DNA of 64,000 bases from Chrysomallon squamiferum. Its lineage: Eukaryota > Animalia > Mollusca. The stretch lies in the NCBI GenBank assembly GCA_012295275.1, contig CM022672.1, forward strand, positions 28,334,001 to 28,398,000. Direction: 5' to 3'. Positions 1-14,825 of the stretch are shown piece after piece. Each line of letters opens with the position of its first letter. Positions within the stretch are counted from its first letter, which is position 1. Under the pieces are notes generated by a model. The model ran no database searches, had not been told where the DNA came from, and saw only the letters and a list, made by a program, of their open reading frames with translations. Both the position numbers and the translations under genes were made by a program.

Positions 1-1747
1 ATTTATTATTTATGTATTTTACTTTTCCCCCCCTTTTTTTCCTTTTAAAGTAAATTAACGAACACGTTGTAGTAGTAGAGTTGTAAATGAGGTCGCAATA
101 GTAGTTACATTGTTTTCGACGACCGCTATATTGGCCGTTCATTTGGAAAATTATGAAGTGTTCCTATATCTTTTTCGCTGCACCTATTTACTGTTCAGGT
201 GTTCACCACTGTTAATACTTTATAGTGTAAAAGGAAATTTTTCGTGTTGCTAGTAGACGTCGGTATCACTCTGTACGACCATAGCTAAGCGCTTTGTTTT
301 ATACTCGTTAAAACACTATTCATTTCATGATCACTGTTTCAAGGCAGATAAAAAAAGAAAAAATGTACGAATGATTATTACAAATCGAATAAGCACCAGG
401 TCAACCGAAAATTGTGTAGGTTTCACATTCATTATAAATGTGATATCTGAGTACTAAGTAGTAGCCAAATACATTTTTCATGATTTGTTTCTCTTCAAAA
501 TAAACCTCAGTTCACATCAACAAAATGTGTAAACATACTTGTATACTTTCCAGTGACTGACTGCTTTATTATTAGCAAAAGTTATTTATTGCTGATTTAT
601 TGCATTATTATGCCGAATTATAAAGGAATGGTATTCACAAATAATAATAATAACAAGAAGAAGAAAACTGTCGAGAAAAATAATAAAATTGTTAATAATT
701 TATAATGAGGAATATTTAAAATAAGTGATCATATTGTAATTAGGTCTATAGATTACTCAGAGCGGCCGCAAGATATGCCGGGAATTTTACATGATTCTGT
801 ATGGGTTCTAATCTTTCAGTTACTTCTATTTTTTTTTTTCCCCTCGCAATATCCAAGACATAAAAGCCGTTAGCAAGCGAATACCTTTTTGATCTGACTG
901 CAATATTTCCTGACGGGGTCCTGAACCGGATATTGCCACCAGGGAGCAGGAGTCACAGTAAACGCGGAAACTCTCGAGATTCGCTTCGTACCAGTCATGC
1001 GCAGTGTCAACATCCGGTAATGTTTACAGGAAACGCAGATCATTCTTGCTGAATATAACGGGGGGGGGAAATGCTTCTTTCTTTAATACGATTTTGTACG
1101 AATGAACACCCGATAATTAAGCTTCAGTTTCAATAGATTTCTGTACAAGCAGTTTTCAGCTGGCTTCAAGTTAAACGCCAGAAAACACTTGAACGCAAAG
1201 CAATGAGATGAAGTTCATGAACGCCAAGCAAATCGAAATAAGTACGTCGCCGATACACGTGGTTACTAAATTGGTCGACGAACTCATTTGATGCAGAACA
1301 AAGGCTTCTAGTGAGACCATTGAGACGAAACAAAATATGTTTTTAAATTTATTATTATTTCTCAAAGTGACGTCTAAGCAATGCCTGGATCACCATTGTT
1401 TTATTACGGCATTAATTTCTTTATTTCTTTACCTTTTTTTAAATGTATTTTTATCCTTTTCCCCCTTTCTTTTTAAATCTTTTATTTTCTTATTTATTTA
1501 TTTAAGTTCTTCCGAATGTATATATAAGCGTTTCTAAATGGCCCGCTTGACCAGAAATATTTCAAGATTAAAATATCAGATGAACGAGGAATTGTTTTAA
1601 GTTCATCAAATTATGTAAGTAACTGGGCAAGTTCACTAAAATGTGGCAGGTAAGAGATTTTTTTGTACGCGAAAATGGATCAAGTGGGAAATGTGAAAAG
1701 CCCCATTGCTATAAATTGGGAATCTGTCTGTTTGTATGAATGTCAGT

Positions 1748-2420
1748 AAATGAATGAATGATTATTGGCTGTTAGGTGTCAAACCAAAGGTAAATAAAAC
1801 AAAATGATAATTATTTTATTCATAAAAATTCAAAAATAATTAAAACACAGTGTAAAGAGCTGTTCATAATATAAAAGAATCACCGTTTACTGAAATTAAA
1901 ATTTACGGTAAAATTCTGAAACTCTAAAACATTTTAAAACAAGTTCAGGATGGAATCGAAATGACGATTCTTTTTAAAATCCTTGTCTCATCAAAATGTG
2001 GGGAACTGTCAAAGTACATAGATAGTGCTCATACTGAAATGGAAGGATCTTTCTTTAAAATTCACGAATGAGTCAAAAGTGTATGACAGATGCGGGCACG
2101 ACACAAAACTATCGCATCATTCCTATACCGCTGTAGGAGTACTACCAATCTCCCAGTCATTTTGTCAAGTGGAAACGATATTCTGGGTGATATGATGTTT
2201 AAAATCAGTATAGGGTGCATCAACTTGGCAGCAAAGTCTGCCTTTTCATTACCCTTTATGCTGACGTGGCTGGGTACGTGTCATTATTGGCAATACTTAA
2301 TAAGATACACTTGTGTATCACCATCCCAGTTAGGGGTTGGTCCAGCTTTATATGCTGTGGAGAGTCGAAAATGAGTCTGTACAAATAACATATTTAGATG
2401 AGGAATCCTTTATTATTTGT
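1748..2420 (-). mobile_element. Decayed 3' fragment of an RNase H-containing non-LTR retrotransposon (I/Nimb-like LINE)
   Basis: Minus-strand translation gives RNase H motifs KYVICTDSFSTLHSI and VPSHVSIKGNEKADFAAK, then the C-terminal motif RNDAIVLCRARICHTLLTHS*ILKKDP, with stops and frameshifts. It ends in a (CATT)n tail near 1748-1760. Clade assignment is from motif recall. Confidence 0.75.
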
Positions 2421-2424
2421 TCCA

Positions 2425-2999
<575 letters not shown>

Positions 3000-3722
3000 A
3001 TAATAATAATAACAAGTTTGTCTGTCTATCAGTATATGATTGTATATGGGTATGTGCGTACGTGTGAATCTGTCTCTTTGTTTGCTGTCTGTACAGAGTG
3101 CAAGAAAAGTTGCAGAGAACCTCGACCCCTCTCTAGTGTTTTCCTTGTTAACATGTTCCTGTCTGGTCGCTGACTCCTTAGTGCAGCTTCTCCGATATCT
3201 TTTTTCTGAATTAATGTAGTTCTTGTCTTGCACTAAAATGTTGATACGTTGAAATAGTTCACTACTAGGTGTTTTGTCTTTAGTAACCATTTCTTCATTT
3301 TCCACATTACGGAACGATTTGTTCAGAACTGCAGCTGCTGTAGTCGTTGGTGATAAAAATGTTTACACTTTTTCGGCGTCTGGAATTACATTGACCTTTG
3401 TTATCAGGTTATTAACTGCAAACAAATGACATCATACAATGGATTAAAATAAATACGTTCTGTAAGTAAATTCTGGATTGCAGTTATTACAAATTTTATT
3501 ATTATTATTTTTAATGGAAGTAATATTTCAATTTTTATAAATAAATATATGCAACTACAATTTGATTTAAAACTGAATATAAATTACAGAAGAGTGATAA
3601 ATTACTCGTGTTTTATTTATTCATTCTTTTATTTTTAATTTATTCGAATAATTTCATTCCGAAATTTCTTATACAGTTATAAATTAAACGACCACTAAAC
3701 GTTTTTATTTATTTATTTTGTT

Positions 3723-3767
<45 letters not shown>

Positions 3768-3884
3768 AATTCAATTACAGTAGCTGATTATATTAACAGC
3801 AGATCAATGATTTTATATCTGTCCTGTTGGTGTTTTATTTCGTTGTGTGCGTTTGCGTGTGTGTCATACACACACGCACACACA

Positions 3885-4143
3885 CATGTTGAGAATCCTT
3901 TATCCGAAATGCTTGGGACCGGAAGTATTTCGGATTTTGGAATTTAAGGAGATAATATGAAAATACGACTAAATATGAATTTCATTTATTTTTCATATTA
4001 TTTATTTAATAATATTTTAATAATTTTGTGCATAAAATACGGTTTGTATACGTTTAAAAAGTCAGAAAACTGTAAGATATTATTATTTCTGCTGCTCGGA
4101 AAAAGTTACGTTTCGGAATTTCGCTAAAGGGATCCTCAATCTG
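3885..4143. mobile_element. pogo/Tigger-type MITE (MER46/Tigger4-like)
   Basis: Imperfect TIRs CATGTTGAGAATCCTTTATCCGAAAT and ATTTCGCTAAAGGGATCCTCAATCTG, followed by TA. The left end resembles the recalled MER46 terminus CAGGTTGAGTATCCCTTATCCGAAATGCTTGGGACC. Confidence 0.7.
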
Positions 4144-4280
4144 TATACATAGAAGCATACATATACCCACAGACACACACACATACACACACACACATAC
4201 AATACATATATCTATTCCTAGTCTTCTTTCTTGTGGTTAAGGTTACTCCGTTAAATCAGATGTTAATATATAAAATGTAG

Positions 4281-4391
4281 AAACGTCGAAGAGCGCCTAC
4301 CATGTTAGCGGAACTTGGTCAGGAGCTGCACGATGACTGGAACGGACTCCCTCAGATGACCACTGGCAGACTCAAGGGCCACGTCGAGTGA
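4281..4391 (+). mobile_element. Tc1/mariner transposase C-terminal relic
   Basis: Translates to KRRRAPTMLAELGQELHDDWNGLPQMTTGRL, resembling the Tc1 C-terminal motif P-x-T-L-x-E-L-xxx-L-xx-EW-xx-LPQ. Confidence 0.55.
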
Positions 4392-4973
4392 ATGAATACG
4401 TCTTACGCATCGTGTCAGTTTCATGTCAGCTTCCAAATTTCACAGCTGTCTTTCAAGATCTTTAGTGGTCACAAAATTTACTGTAATACTGAACTGCTGG
4501 TGGTAAATTTATATATAATTCAGAATTATTGTCTATCCATTCCCCCCCCCCAGCTAATATAACATACTATTTTGGCATGTGTAAAGTTTTCTTAGAATTC
4601 CCAGACTTTTTTGAAGTTATATAACAACAACAACAACAATAATTATTGGGGTTTATTTTTAATTATTATTATTATTATTATTATTATTGTTGTTGTTGTT
4701 GTTGTTTTTGTTGTTGTTGTTGTTGTGATGATAATGGTTATGGTAATGATAATAATATTAATAATGATGATAGTGAAGATGATGAAGAAGGAAAAAACCG
4801 TATACTGTCACTGATCTCAGAGGAGGTGCGTTTCCTATTTATTATCTTTCTATTTTCTCTTTTTGATAAAATTAATTTCATTATTTCAAAATATATCAAG
4901 TTAAACTTATCCACTTACTAAATTCTATAATTCTTTCTCTAAAAAAAATGTTGTTTTTTTTTTTGTTGTTCGA

Positions 4974-5547
4974 TGGAAATAGCTTATCTGATAAGAACAT
5001 TTTCACGTTAAAATATGTTACTCTATACTTACCTTTAGTTTTATTTAATTCATATATGCACTTAAGAATTTTGTACATCAAGAGAGATTAATTTTAGATT
5101 TTCGAAAATAATAATAATAAATAAATAAATTTAAATTCGCACACTAGTATATAGTCACGTGAGTCGCACAGGAAAACAAATTAATACTGAATTCGAAAGT
5201 TGTTAGCCATTTTGAAACGAACAAATATTTAATTATTTAAATAAATCTGGATGCTAAAACAATTAATTAGAACTTTTTTTAGGTACCTTGGTTCAACATA
5301 TTTCCAAAACATGAAAAAATTAGATGAAGTGGTTGAAATCTAATCCTCTCATTTAGATAAATTCCATGTAAAATTAGATCTAACGGGTGGGAACCGTTTC
5401 TAGCAAATACGTTTGTTACTACTGAGTACCCTGTCAGACAGTGAAGTACCGATCTTCCTCTCAATTTTTTTTTTTTTTTTTTTTTTTTTTGTTTGTTGTT
5501 GTTTGCTGGAAATAGCTTATCTGACAAGAACATTTTCATGTTAAAAT
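4974..5547 (+). repeat. Short dispersed direct duplication (4974-5014 and 5507-5547)
   Basis: TGGAAATAGCTTATCTGAYAAGAACATTTTCAYGTTAAAATA occurs twice, each time after a poly-T/TTG tract. Confidence 0.8.
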
Positions 5548-6289
5548 AAATAAATAAATAAATAAAAAGTTTCGTTTTATGATAATAATTAAACTCACAT
5601 TAAAATGGTTGTAACCTCTTATGGCTTTGTAACATAGCCTTTCCTTCTTATTCTTTCTTTTATTTTACTTGCTTTAGATGACAAAAGTAGTTTCTTCTTT
5701 GTGTGCTTCTAGCACACGCCATTCCACTTAAAGCAAAGCGACTCATAAATACCCACCCAGAAATCTCAAGCCGCCATAAAGATAGTTGCTTACAAAACAT
5801 CAAAGCGCAATAACGGTATCTGACGCCCATTTAACTGGCGGACATCTTTCGGGTGGTTTAAAGACAAATTTGAGAGCTTGTTTGCGGTCTCGCTAGTTTA
5901 CACCTTTCTGTTATCGAGTCTGCGCATCATTACGAACGATTTATGAGCGCGTTCGTTTTGTTACCGGGTTTACTCGTCTCAGCAAGACGTCTTTAATCCT
6001 TTCTATCGGTTCTCGAGAGGCGATTTGATGCTTCCAACTGACATGCGTCGTTCTTTCACGTTTATCGGCTTGAAATCGTCTCATCATAACGTCATCATGA
6101 TCAAAGGATCGGCTGCGGTTTATCGACGGTTTAATGGGACAGGTGAATTGGTGGTGCCGTTTTTCAGTTGATCATTTCAGCAGCTACAGAGGTTCGTTAG
6201 GTGACAGAAAGAAATCAATGCGACTGACTAGCTTGTTATCACGTGGTATACAAACAAACCAACAAACAAACCAGCATATGTACTTACAA

Positions 6290-6397
<108 letters not shown>

Positions 6398-6713
6398 TAC
6401 ACATAAACCCATACGCACACATACGCTCATACATTTATATTTTGTATATATATGTTAGTATATTGTGTATATTTATAAACACCCACATACAATGTACAAA
6501 TTATAGTAGGTCAGTGACAGCTGTATCCATGCTTCCATTCCTTGAGAGTGAAAAGTACATTGTGTTTATATTTTTAACACTTGTGTATATAACACGGTAA
6601 TGTTAACGGTTTCCAGGAAAAAAATTATTTTTTATTGCCTCTCTCTGTTTGCTTTGTCAGCCAGCAGGAGAATAAATAATTGTGGTTATTTGACGATAGG
6701 ATTATCAAACGAT

Positions 6714-6748
<35 letters not shown>

Positions 6749-8328
6749 TTACCTTACCAAACCAGAAATCAGCTCACCAAAATTAAAGTGAATCCTGATA
6801 AAAGGGAGAGATCGACCTGCACAGCGACCTCTTTTGAATTCTAAATAGACATATAGACAGACACACAGACACAGAGACAAAGAGAGATGGATGGACGGAC
6901 GGATGGATGAATGGATAAGTAGAATGCTAGGTAGGTAGACATACATATGAAAAAATATGGGTGAAAATGCATTAAATAAATGTAAAATATGAAGACTGCC
7001 ACCTACTGGGATCACAACCTGCAATGCTAACTCGAGAAATATAAATGTCACGATATTATCGTATCATCATAATTAATCATCAGAGCATGAGCATGTAACC
7101 TGGACTCTATAAAATAGTTTTAACGTTCTTTATCACTTGAATATATTCCATAAAAGTTCCAATTTAGAGGTTACTGTATAATGATAACATGAACTCTCTG
7201 TTTATTTTTAGAGAAGTATATTAAAACGTATTGGAATTCTGTTGCTATTTTCCATAACTGACGTAGAAATTAAAGTTATTAATATTTTCATATCTAAAAC
7301 ACTATAAATAGATTTTAAAAAATAATAATAATAATAACAATAATATATATAAAAATAAGTGAATAAATAATGATGATGATGATGATAATGATAAAGATAA
7401 TATTAGGTAAACAACAATAGATTATAAATATAGCTAAAAGACTAAATGTAATTATTACATTCATTAACACTTACCGATATTAACAATGCATTTCTCTTCT
7501 CGCTGAAGTTAATATTAATTGAAACTAAACTATTATGGTGAATATAAGCGGCTGTCTGTCATCTTAGAAAAATTGATAATGTTGTATATAAAATAACAAT
7601 AGTTACTAATCAAAGGGATTACTTATGGCATGTATCTGTTTTAAAGGATTTTTCAAGGGATGTTGGATTTTTTGAAACAGTTATTTTGCTATGTTGTCTG
7701 TGTGGTTGATATAGCTAAAAAAAAGAAAGAAGAAAATAATAATAATAAAAAAATATTTAAAAAATGAAAGAAAGAACAACAGAAAATACTTTTAAATATT
7801 TTGAAATATAGTCTTTAATTTCTTTACTGTTTCTACAGAAAGACTGTATTACTGAATTTCTAAAATAAATAAAAAAGAAAGAAAAGCCCCACCCCCACCC
7901 CTCCAAAAAGCAGTATTCCTTAAAACACTCTTCTTTCTTCGTCAAAATAATTGTGTGAAACACCTGGCTTCATTATATAACAAGAACGCGCGTGCGAATC
8001 CTTCAGTCCTTATTGATATATATTTTTTCATTATCACGACAAACTCCCGCAAGCAACAACAAAAGCGCTGTTCATACAGGAGTACAAAGGAAGGCTGAGA
8101 ATGGTTTTGTATTGTTTCTTTCAGACTAATAACTGTGGTGAAATCTGAAGACCAAACAGGCCACTTGCATAGATGATGATTTATTTATTCATTAATGTTT
8201 GTTTATCTGTCTGCCTATATGCATACCTATGTACATACATACATATATACTTATTTATATAAACATATATTTACAACATTAACAAACATAATAATAATAA
8301 ATATAATTATAATAATAACAACAACAGC

Positions 8329-8360
<32 letters not shown>

Positions 8361-8613
8361 TAATAATAATAACAGTAATAACAAAAAATAAAATAATATA
8401 ATATGTGCGTGTGTGTGTTTCCATCATCATCATCGTCGTCGTCATTATTATTATTATTATTAAATAATTTTTAAAATTAAATTTATCCTTTATATATTAT
8501 ATTAAACCTTACATTTTTCTTTTTTTAATTGATGATGATAATAATGATGATGTTGATGATACTACTACTACTACTACTTATTATTATTATTATTATTATT
8601 ATTACAGTAAATT

Positions 8614-8748
8614 TAGTTATGGTTTTGTTTTAATTCAAGATTCAAAATTAGTAAATAATTTAGCAAATAACTATTTATGGCGTTGTTCAGTGCTGGTTTT
8701 CACAGTTAGTCACTTCGTTATGTTATTATTTTCAAAACACACACACAC

Positions 8749-8786
<38 letters not shown>

Positions 8787-8829
8787 TTTTTTTTTTTTGT
8801 CTTTGTTTTCATCATCATCGTCGTCGTCC

Positions 8830-8861
<32 letters not shown>

Positions 8862-8976
8862 GTTATGGTTTTGTTTTAATTCAGGATTTCAAATTAGTAA
8901 ATAATTTAGCAAATAACTATTTTTATGGCGTTGTTCAGTGCTGGTGTTCACAGTTAGTCACTTCGTTATGTTATTA
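8614..8976 (+). repeat. About 115-bp tandem duplication (8614-8728 and 8860-8976)
   Basis: TAGTTATGGTTTTGTTTTAATTCA...CACAGTTAGTCACTTCGTTATGTTATTA is repeated with few differences, each copy preceded by (TTA)n. Confidence 0.9.
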
Positions 8977-9149
8977 ATTTCAGTATTCTATTTATAATTT
9001 AGCAACCAAATAAATAGATGTATTCAGACGTTGGACAGTTTCTAAATTAGACAGTGTCTTAAAATAGTTTGTCACAAATGCTTAAATGTCAAGCCTACTA
9101 AAGTGATAGAAAAGAGGAGATAAAAATAAGTTTAAAAAGTGAGTAGGGG

Positions 9150-10007
9150 GATTTTTTCACATTTTGTGGTTTGTCATTGTCTGTTCATTCGCGTGTCGCT
9201 TGCACTGATCACGTGCTCTTATGGTTTCGAGAGAAATTGATGACTACCATAGGCACTTATGGATCACAAGGCAAAAGATTCCGCTATTTTTATTATTCAA
9301 ATCCTTTGTCGATAGGCGCGTGTTGTATTGCATGACAAATGCACCCTCCTCAATACTTTTGCCATAAATCGTGATTGCCCGTCATTTTACAGAAAGCTAG
9401 AGATGTTTTGTCGTAGCAGCCGCTTTTGTCGTGAATTATTGCTCCTGATAGCAACTCTATCGCAAGTAAAGGCGACAAAACGAAAACAAAAGCTTAACCA
9501 AAATGGTTGTTTTATGTCTGTTTTTCTTTTATTGTCTATTTCGGCGTACGTTAACTTGACACATTCGTTTATCATTATTTTGATAATAACAATAATAAAA
9601 ATAAGAGAATACAAGAGAGTGAGAGAAAAGTTTCACCCGAAATCCGTGGCCTGTAAATTCCCTTATTCATTTAGTTTACAGTTTACTTCCTGTCAGAAAT
9701 CCCCGTGACAATGGGAGGAGAAAGAGATTAATTTGAATATGAAGTACTCTGCTGCACCGTATCACCCGCTGTCACTCAATGGAAAGTGACAATTGAAAGT
9801 GACAGCACTATTTACAATGCGCACGAATACACGGCGCGTGCATTAATAAGGGCAGGGCAACATAATGGACGTCTGCGAGTTAAGACTGACAGACGATAAC
9901 TGTGATCGAAGGACTAACCCATTCAGAACAGATAGTAACCTGTCACGTTCGGGATATATTTACAACATTTAGCAGACGACAGAAAAATCTGTAGTTTGCT
10001 CTACCCG
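9150..10007 (+). promoter_or_regulatory. Candidate Lmx1 promoter and non-coding first exon
   Basis: CpG-enriched island ending in a strong donor CCG|GTAAGG at 10007/10008. It lies upstream of the ATG exon, which has its own acceptor. The transcription start cannot be determined. Confidence 0.5.
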
Positions 10008-10163
10008 GTAAGGCAAACTTTTTGTCTCCATCAGATATAAGTGTTGTCTGTTGGTACACGGCTTTTGTTTTGGATTTAAGTACAACCAATATTTTTCTAT
10101 TGGTGATCTCTCTTTCTCACTGTTTCAGCGTAAGTAAAAATTATTTTACTAAATTCATTTTCA

Positions 10164-10198
<35 letters not shown>

Positions 10199-10931
10199 AG
10201 AGAGAGATATTGGTTACAGTTGTAATAGCTTCTTTTTAATTACTATTTTTATTCAGTTTATTTGTAGTGTAATTGGTAAGGCTGTTTTCTGCTTTAGAAC
10301 ATTTCATCACAAGTTTAATAACAACTTTATTTATAGTAAATTTTAACAACCATAAGCAAACAATTAAAAACGAAAGTTAACAAAACATATTTTTAACATA
10401 TTGCGATTAGCTATAATAATAATTAAAAGTGAAATACAACACTTAATTGGTTTATTTAGCTGTTTATTACCTGCGTTTTAAGATTTTGTGGCGTGTGTAG
10501 ATATGGAGCGGTGGTGTGTTTATGAATGTGTATAGACGTACGTGCAGAAAAAGAAGACAAATAATTAAGCACTATTTAAATCATACATAAATTTCTTCAT
10601 TTGGAATAGAATACTAACAACATGAGAGCATTCTAAAGAATAACATTCTAAAGAATAATAAACTTAAATAGCTGGCTATTATTCGAAAGCTGGGAAGTTC
10701 GGTGGTTTTTTTTTTTTTCCCCCTCTTTCTCATAATTATAAATGATAAATATATGTATAATAATAATAAAGATGATGATGACGACGAAAAAAAAAAGAGA
10801 ATAAAATAAAATAAATAATAATGATAATAAAAATAATTTAATTAAGTTAAATTTAAAAAAATATATTAATAAATAAATACCAATAAATAAAAAAATACTA
10901 CAAATAAAAATAAAATAACAATAAATAAATA

Positions 10932-11065
<134 letters not shown>

Positions 11066-11616
11066 TTTTTAAAAAATAATAATAATACAAAACAAACAAC
11101 ACTACTTTATAAAAAAGTTCCCTGTATTTATTTATTTATTTATTTAAATACATTTATAAAAGATGACAACAAATCACGGTTGTATTTAATCCTATTAACT
11201 GTTTTTATAACTGTACCACTGATTCACGTTTACCGTTAATTTACTTCACTTTCTTTATCGTACATGTTAATTTAGGATACGACGTTTTCACGACAGAAAC
11301 ACGTGCGTTAATGTACTAAGCAAAGAATTAAATAAAGTAGTTCTGTTTGAACAGTTAATCGATGGCAGGTGTTGGATGCAAATTTATGGTTTGCGTTTAG
11401 CATGTGATTTTCTTTCTGTAAAATAAACATATAAATAAAAGTTTCTGTAGAAATAAAGAAACAAATTTTTCATAAGCCAAATGAACACGAAAAAGATTCA
11501 GTATCTGTGTAGAATTTTCAAATGTTTTGTGATCTATATGAGACTGTGTGTGTATATTTTAATCACTTTGCTTTGGAGATAACATACATTTTTTTATAAA
11601 TGAATGAATGAATAAA

Positions 11617-11647
<31 letters not shown>

Positions 11648-12317
11648 GCACAGTGAACAATAATTTATAGGTTTCGTTATATTTAGAAATACCTTCAAAT
11701 GAATATTGCCAGACTTTGACATTATTTTGTTACACACACACACACACACACTTTACTATTTTTAATTTATTTTTCAGTTTTTTAAATACTTTTTGTAGTT
11801 AATATTTTTCGTAAACATTGCGTTTATTTCGTCTTTCATTTTGTTTATTTCAGTTACATTGTCCATTTTTCCTTTTTAACTGTAATTTATTATTATTTAT
11901 TTAATATATTTAAATTATCTCTTTTAATGTACAGTTTATTGATATCAGTCTCTTGTTTTCCATGTATATTATATATTTATTAATACTACAACAGCACTTA
12001 TTTCAAAAATTACATATTTCTTTATTGAAAACGTATTTAGTTTTAGGGGTTTCTTTACCTGTATTAGCTACATGTTATAAATATTTTAACTGATTTCTTT
12101 ACCTATCACATTACAGTGTCTGTTGCTTGATTTTTTTTGCTTTTGCATTTATTCCCGTTTTTATCGCTAAGTTATTTTAATTACGTTTATTTCTATATGT
12201 TCTTATTTCAGTTTATATTTTTTAGATATTATACTTAATTTCAGTTATACCAAATACAGATTACTTTCACCATTGTGTTTGGACCTAGTTAATTTCAATA
12301 ATTAAACATTTCTGAAT

Positions 12318-12352
<35 letters not shown>

Positions 12353-12599
12353 CACAATATCAGTTTCGATTTAAAATTAAATTTATTTCAAGATTACGTT
12401 TTTCTAACTTCAGATTCCCTTTTGAAAATACAAATCGACTTTTAATAAGTTTATTTGTTTGTAAATCCAACCTTAAGTTATTCATAATTGAATTTTATTA
12501 ATTTACTTTTCAGTAAACCTTTTTTACATTTTTTGTAGTCTATAATTACTTTTTTGTTTGTTTGTTTTTTATTATTTTTAAATTTTTTTATTTTTTGTA

Positions 12600-12910
12600 T
12601 CGTGTTTATTTTAGTTTAATATTTTCTAAATCCTGTTTACTTTGTTATTGTATTGTAATTATTTTAGTTTAATATTTTTTAAAATACAGTTTACTTTTGT
12701 TATTGTATTGTAATTATTTTTGTCTCCATTTTCTAAATACAGTTTCATTTTCTTTTATAGTATTGTTATTATTGTAGTTTACATTTTCTAAATCCAGTTT
12801 CGTTTTTTAATATATTTATTATATAATTACCAGTTAGAAAATTTCTCAATTCTGTTTACTTTTTTATAGAATTTAATTCATAATTTTTCTAAATGCAGTT
12901 TCGTTTATAT
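12600..12910 (+). repeat. Degenerate minisatellite with a unit of about 50-60 bp
   Basis: TTTTCTAAATNCAGTTT...TTATTGTATTGTAATTATTTT recurs about 5-6 times. Confidence 0.65.
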
Positions 12911-12933
12911 TTTTTATTATTATTATTTTTTAA

Positions 12934-12978
<45 letters not shown>

Positions 12979-13172
12979 CACACACACACAGATATAATGC
13001 AGCATTAGTTTATTTCATCTTTTTTTTCTGTAAATACTGTTTCATTTTTAAATTGTCGTTTATACTGGTTTACATTTCTCTGAATTCAGTTTAATTATTA
13101 AATATATTTGTATATATTACAAATTGTTTTACAGGTGACAGTTTTCAAGTATTTTAATACTGGTATTTTCGC

Positions 13173-13251
13173 ATGAAGCTTGTGCAGTGGATGGACGCGG
13201 GTTATCAACTCCCTCGGATTTTTTGTGAAAATAATTCTAATTCTTTCCCAG
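13173..13251 (+). CDS. LMX1: Lmx1 coding exon 1 (MKLVQWMDAGYQLPRIFCENNSNSFP)
   Basis: Acceptor TTTTACAG at 13134, in-frame upstream TAA, ATG at 13173, donor G|GTCAGT in phase 1 matching the LIM1 exon. There is no homology support for this N-terminus. Confidence 0.65.
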
Positions 13252-14330
13252 GTCAGTGTTTCTTTAATAACTGATATCGTAATTTTCATTCTCCTCAGCA
13301 CGAACGTTATTTTTATTTTAATATCTTTGTTCTTCTTTTTAAAAAAAAAGACATAGGTTGGTTTTTTGGGGAGGGTTGTGGGGGGTTTGATGTGGGTTTT
13401 TGTTTTTCATGATTTGATCAGAAAGATTTTAGCCTTTTTGTTATTAAAAAACATATATCCTTGAACATTAAGTAAAAGTCTTTTAATGCGCAGAAAAATA
13501 AATTTGTGTTTCGCCGAATGATCAGTTTTGAAGCAAACAAAACATAATAAAATGTTCTTAATAAGTATGATATATATTTAATGATGGTAACTGTTGAAGT
13601 TAATAAATAAAAATAAACAAACAATACGAAATAAACAAGAACTTAGAGTATCGCCATAAGTAACAACGACAACAATTAGAACAACAGTAAAATAAAATAT
13701 TACTACTCTCAACATCATCAACATCATCATCATCAGCATCAACATTATTATATTCGTTGTGGTCGTCGTTTTCTGTTATAAATTTCTGATCTGACCAGCT
13801 GGTGAAAGACCTATGAAACCTGCCAAACGGGCTTACATAGTAAACCAACTAATTCAGTATCGGTTACATTTTTACTTTTAAGAAAATATAATTTTACTAG
13901 TAGATTTACAATACAACTACTGTAAAAAGTTATCTATCATCACCTGTTAGATATCTTAATTTTATATTAAAGTGAGTTAACCGGTGATTATTAGCATTTT
14001 AAAAAAGATAATTAATTAATTTCCTGATATAAATTCATTAAAACGTAATAATATAATAACAATCACAGACAGACATACACACTCACACACAATATATAAA
14101 TAGATATATATGTATGTATGATGCGTGTGTGTGTGTGTGTGTGTTTAGGGTAGGTAGTTAGGTATATATTTATGTATGTTATTGGGTGCGTGTAATTGTT
14201 ATTATATTTAGTCATGATTTAGTATCGAATAATGGTTCCTGGAAACATCTAAAAAATAATAATAATAATTTTTTTTTTTAAATCATGTTTCCAGGCAGCA
14301 AACTAGTTGTTGCTCGGTTTATTTGGCGAT

Positions 14331-14363
<33 letters not shown>

Positions 14364-14789
14364 TGGTTTCGTTTTCTAGTGCTTTTTTTATTTTTTTTTT
14401 TTTTTTTTTTTTTTTTATTTGATAAAACTTGAATCAGCGGATAACTAGTCCTCTAAATGATAAATTGCTCTGTTAAGGTTCGCATGAGCTGAAGACCCAA
14501 GTCAAGTCATAAACCTCCATTAGTTGATAGCTGTGCGTTTTAAAAGTGGGGACCTGATTCTTTCGAAGCTAGTGGGGTAGAAGGTATGTACTAAATTAGT
14601 GAACTGTAATAGAGAGTATAAAACTGCTTACCTACCATCTACCTCCATTTGACACTCACTCACACACACATATATGTGTCTGTGTATTTATCTGCATATA
14701 TATACACATATATACATATATATATATATACACATACACACATTCACATGCATCTACATTATATATGATTGTATGCGCATGCATATCTA

Positions 14790-14825
<36 letters not shown>

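Noticed and set aside
9328-9708. 126-aa ORF upstream of Lmx1
   Set aside because: Non-ATG start, low-complexity segment and no homology; more likely promoter sequence.
12600-12910. Repeat-spacer-like periodicity (CRISPR-like)
   Set aside because: Eukaryotic intron with degenerate AT-rich tandem units, no unique spacers and no cas genes.
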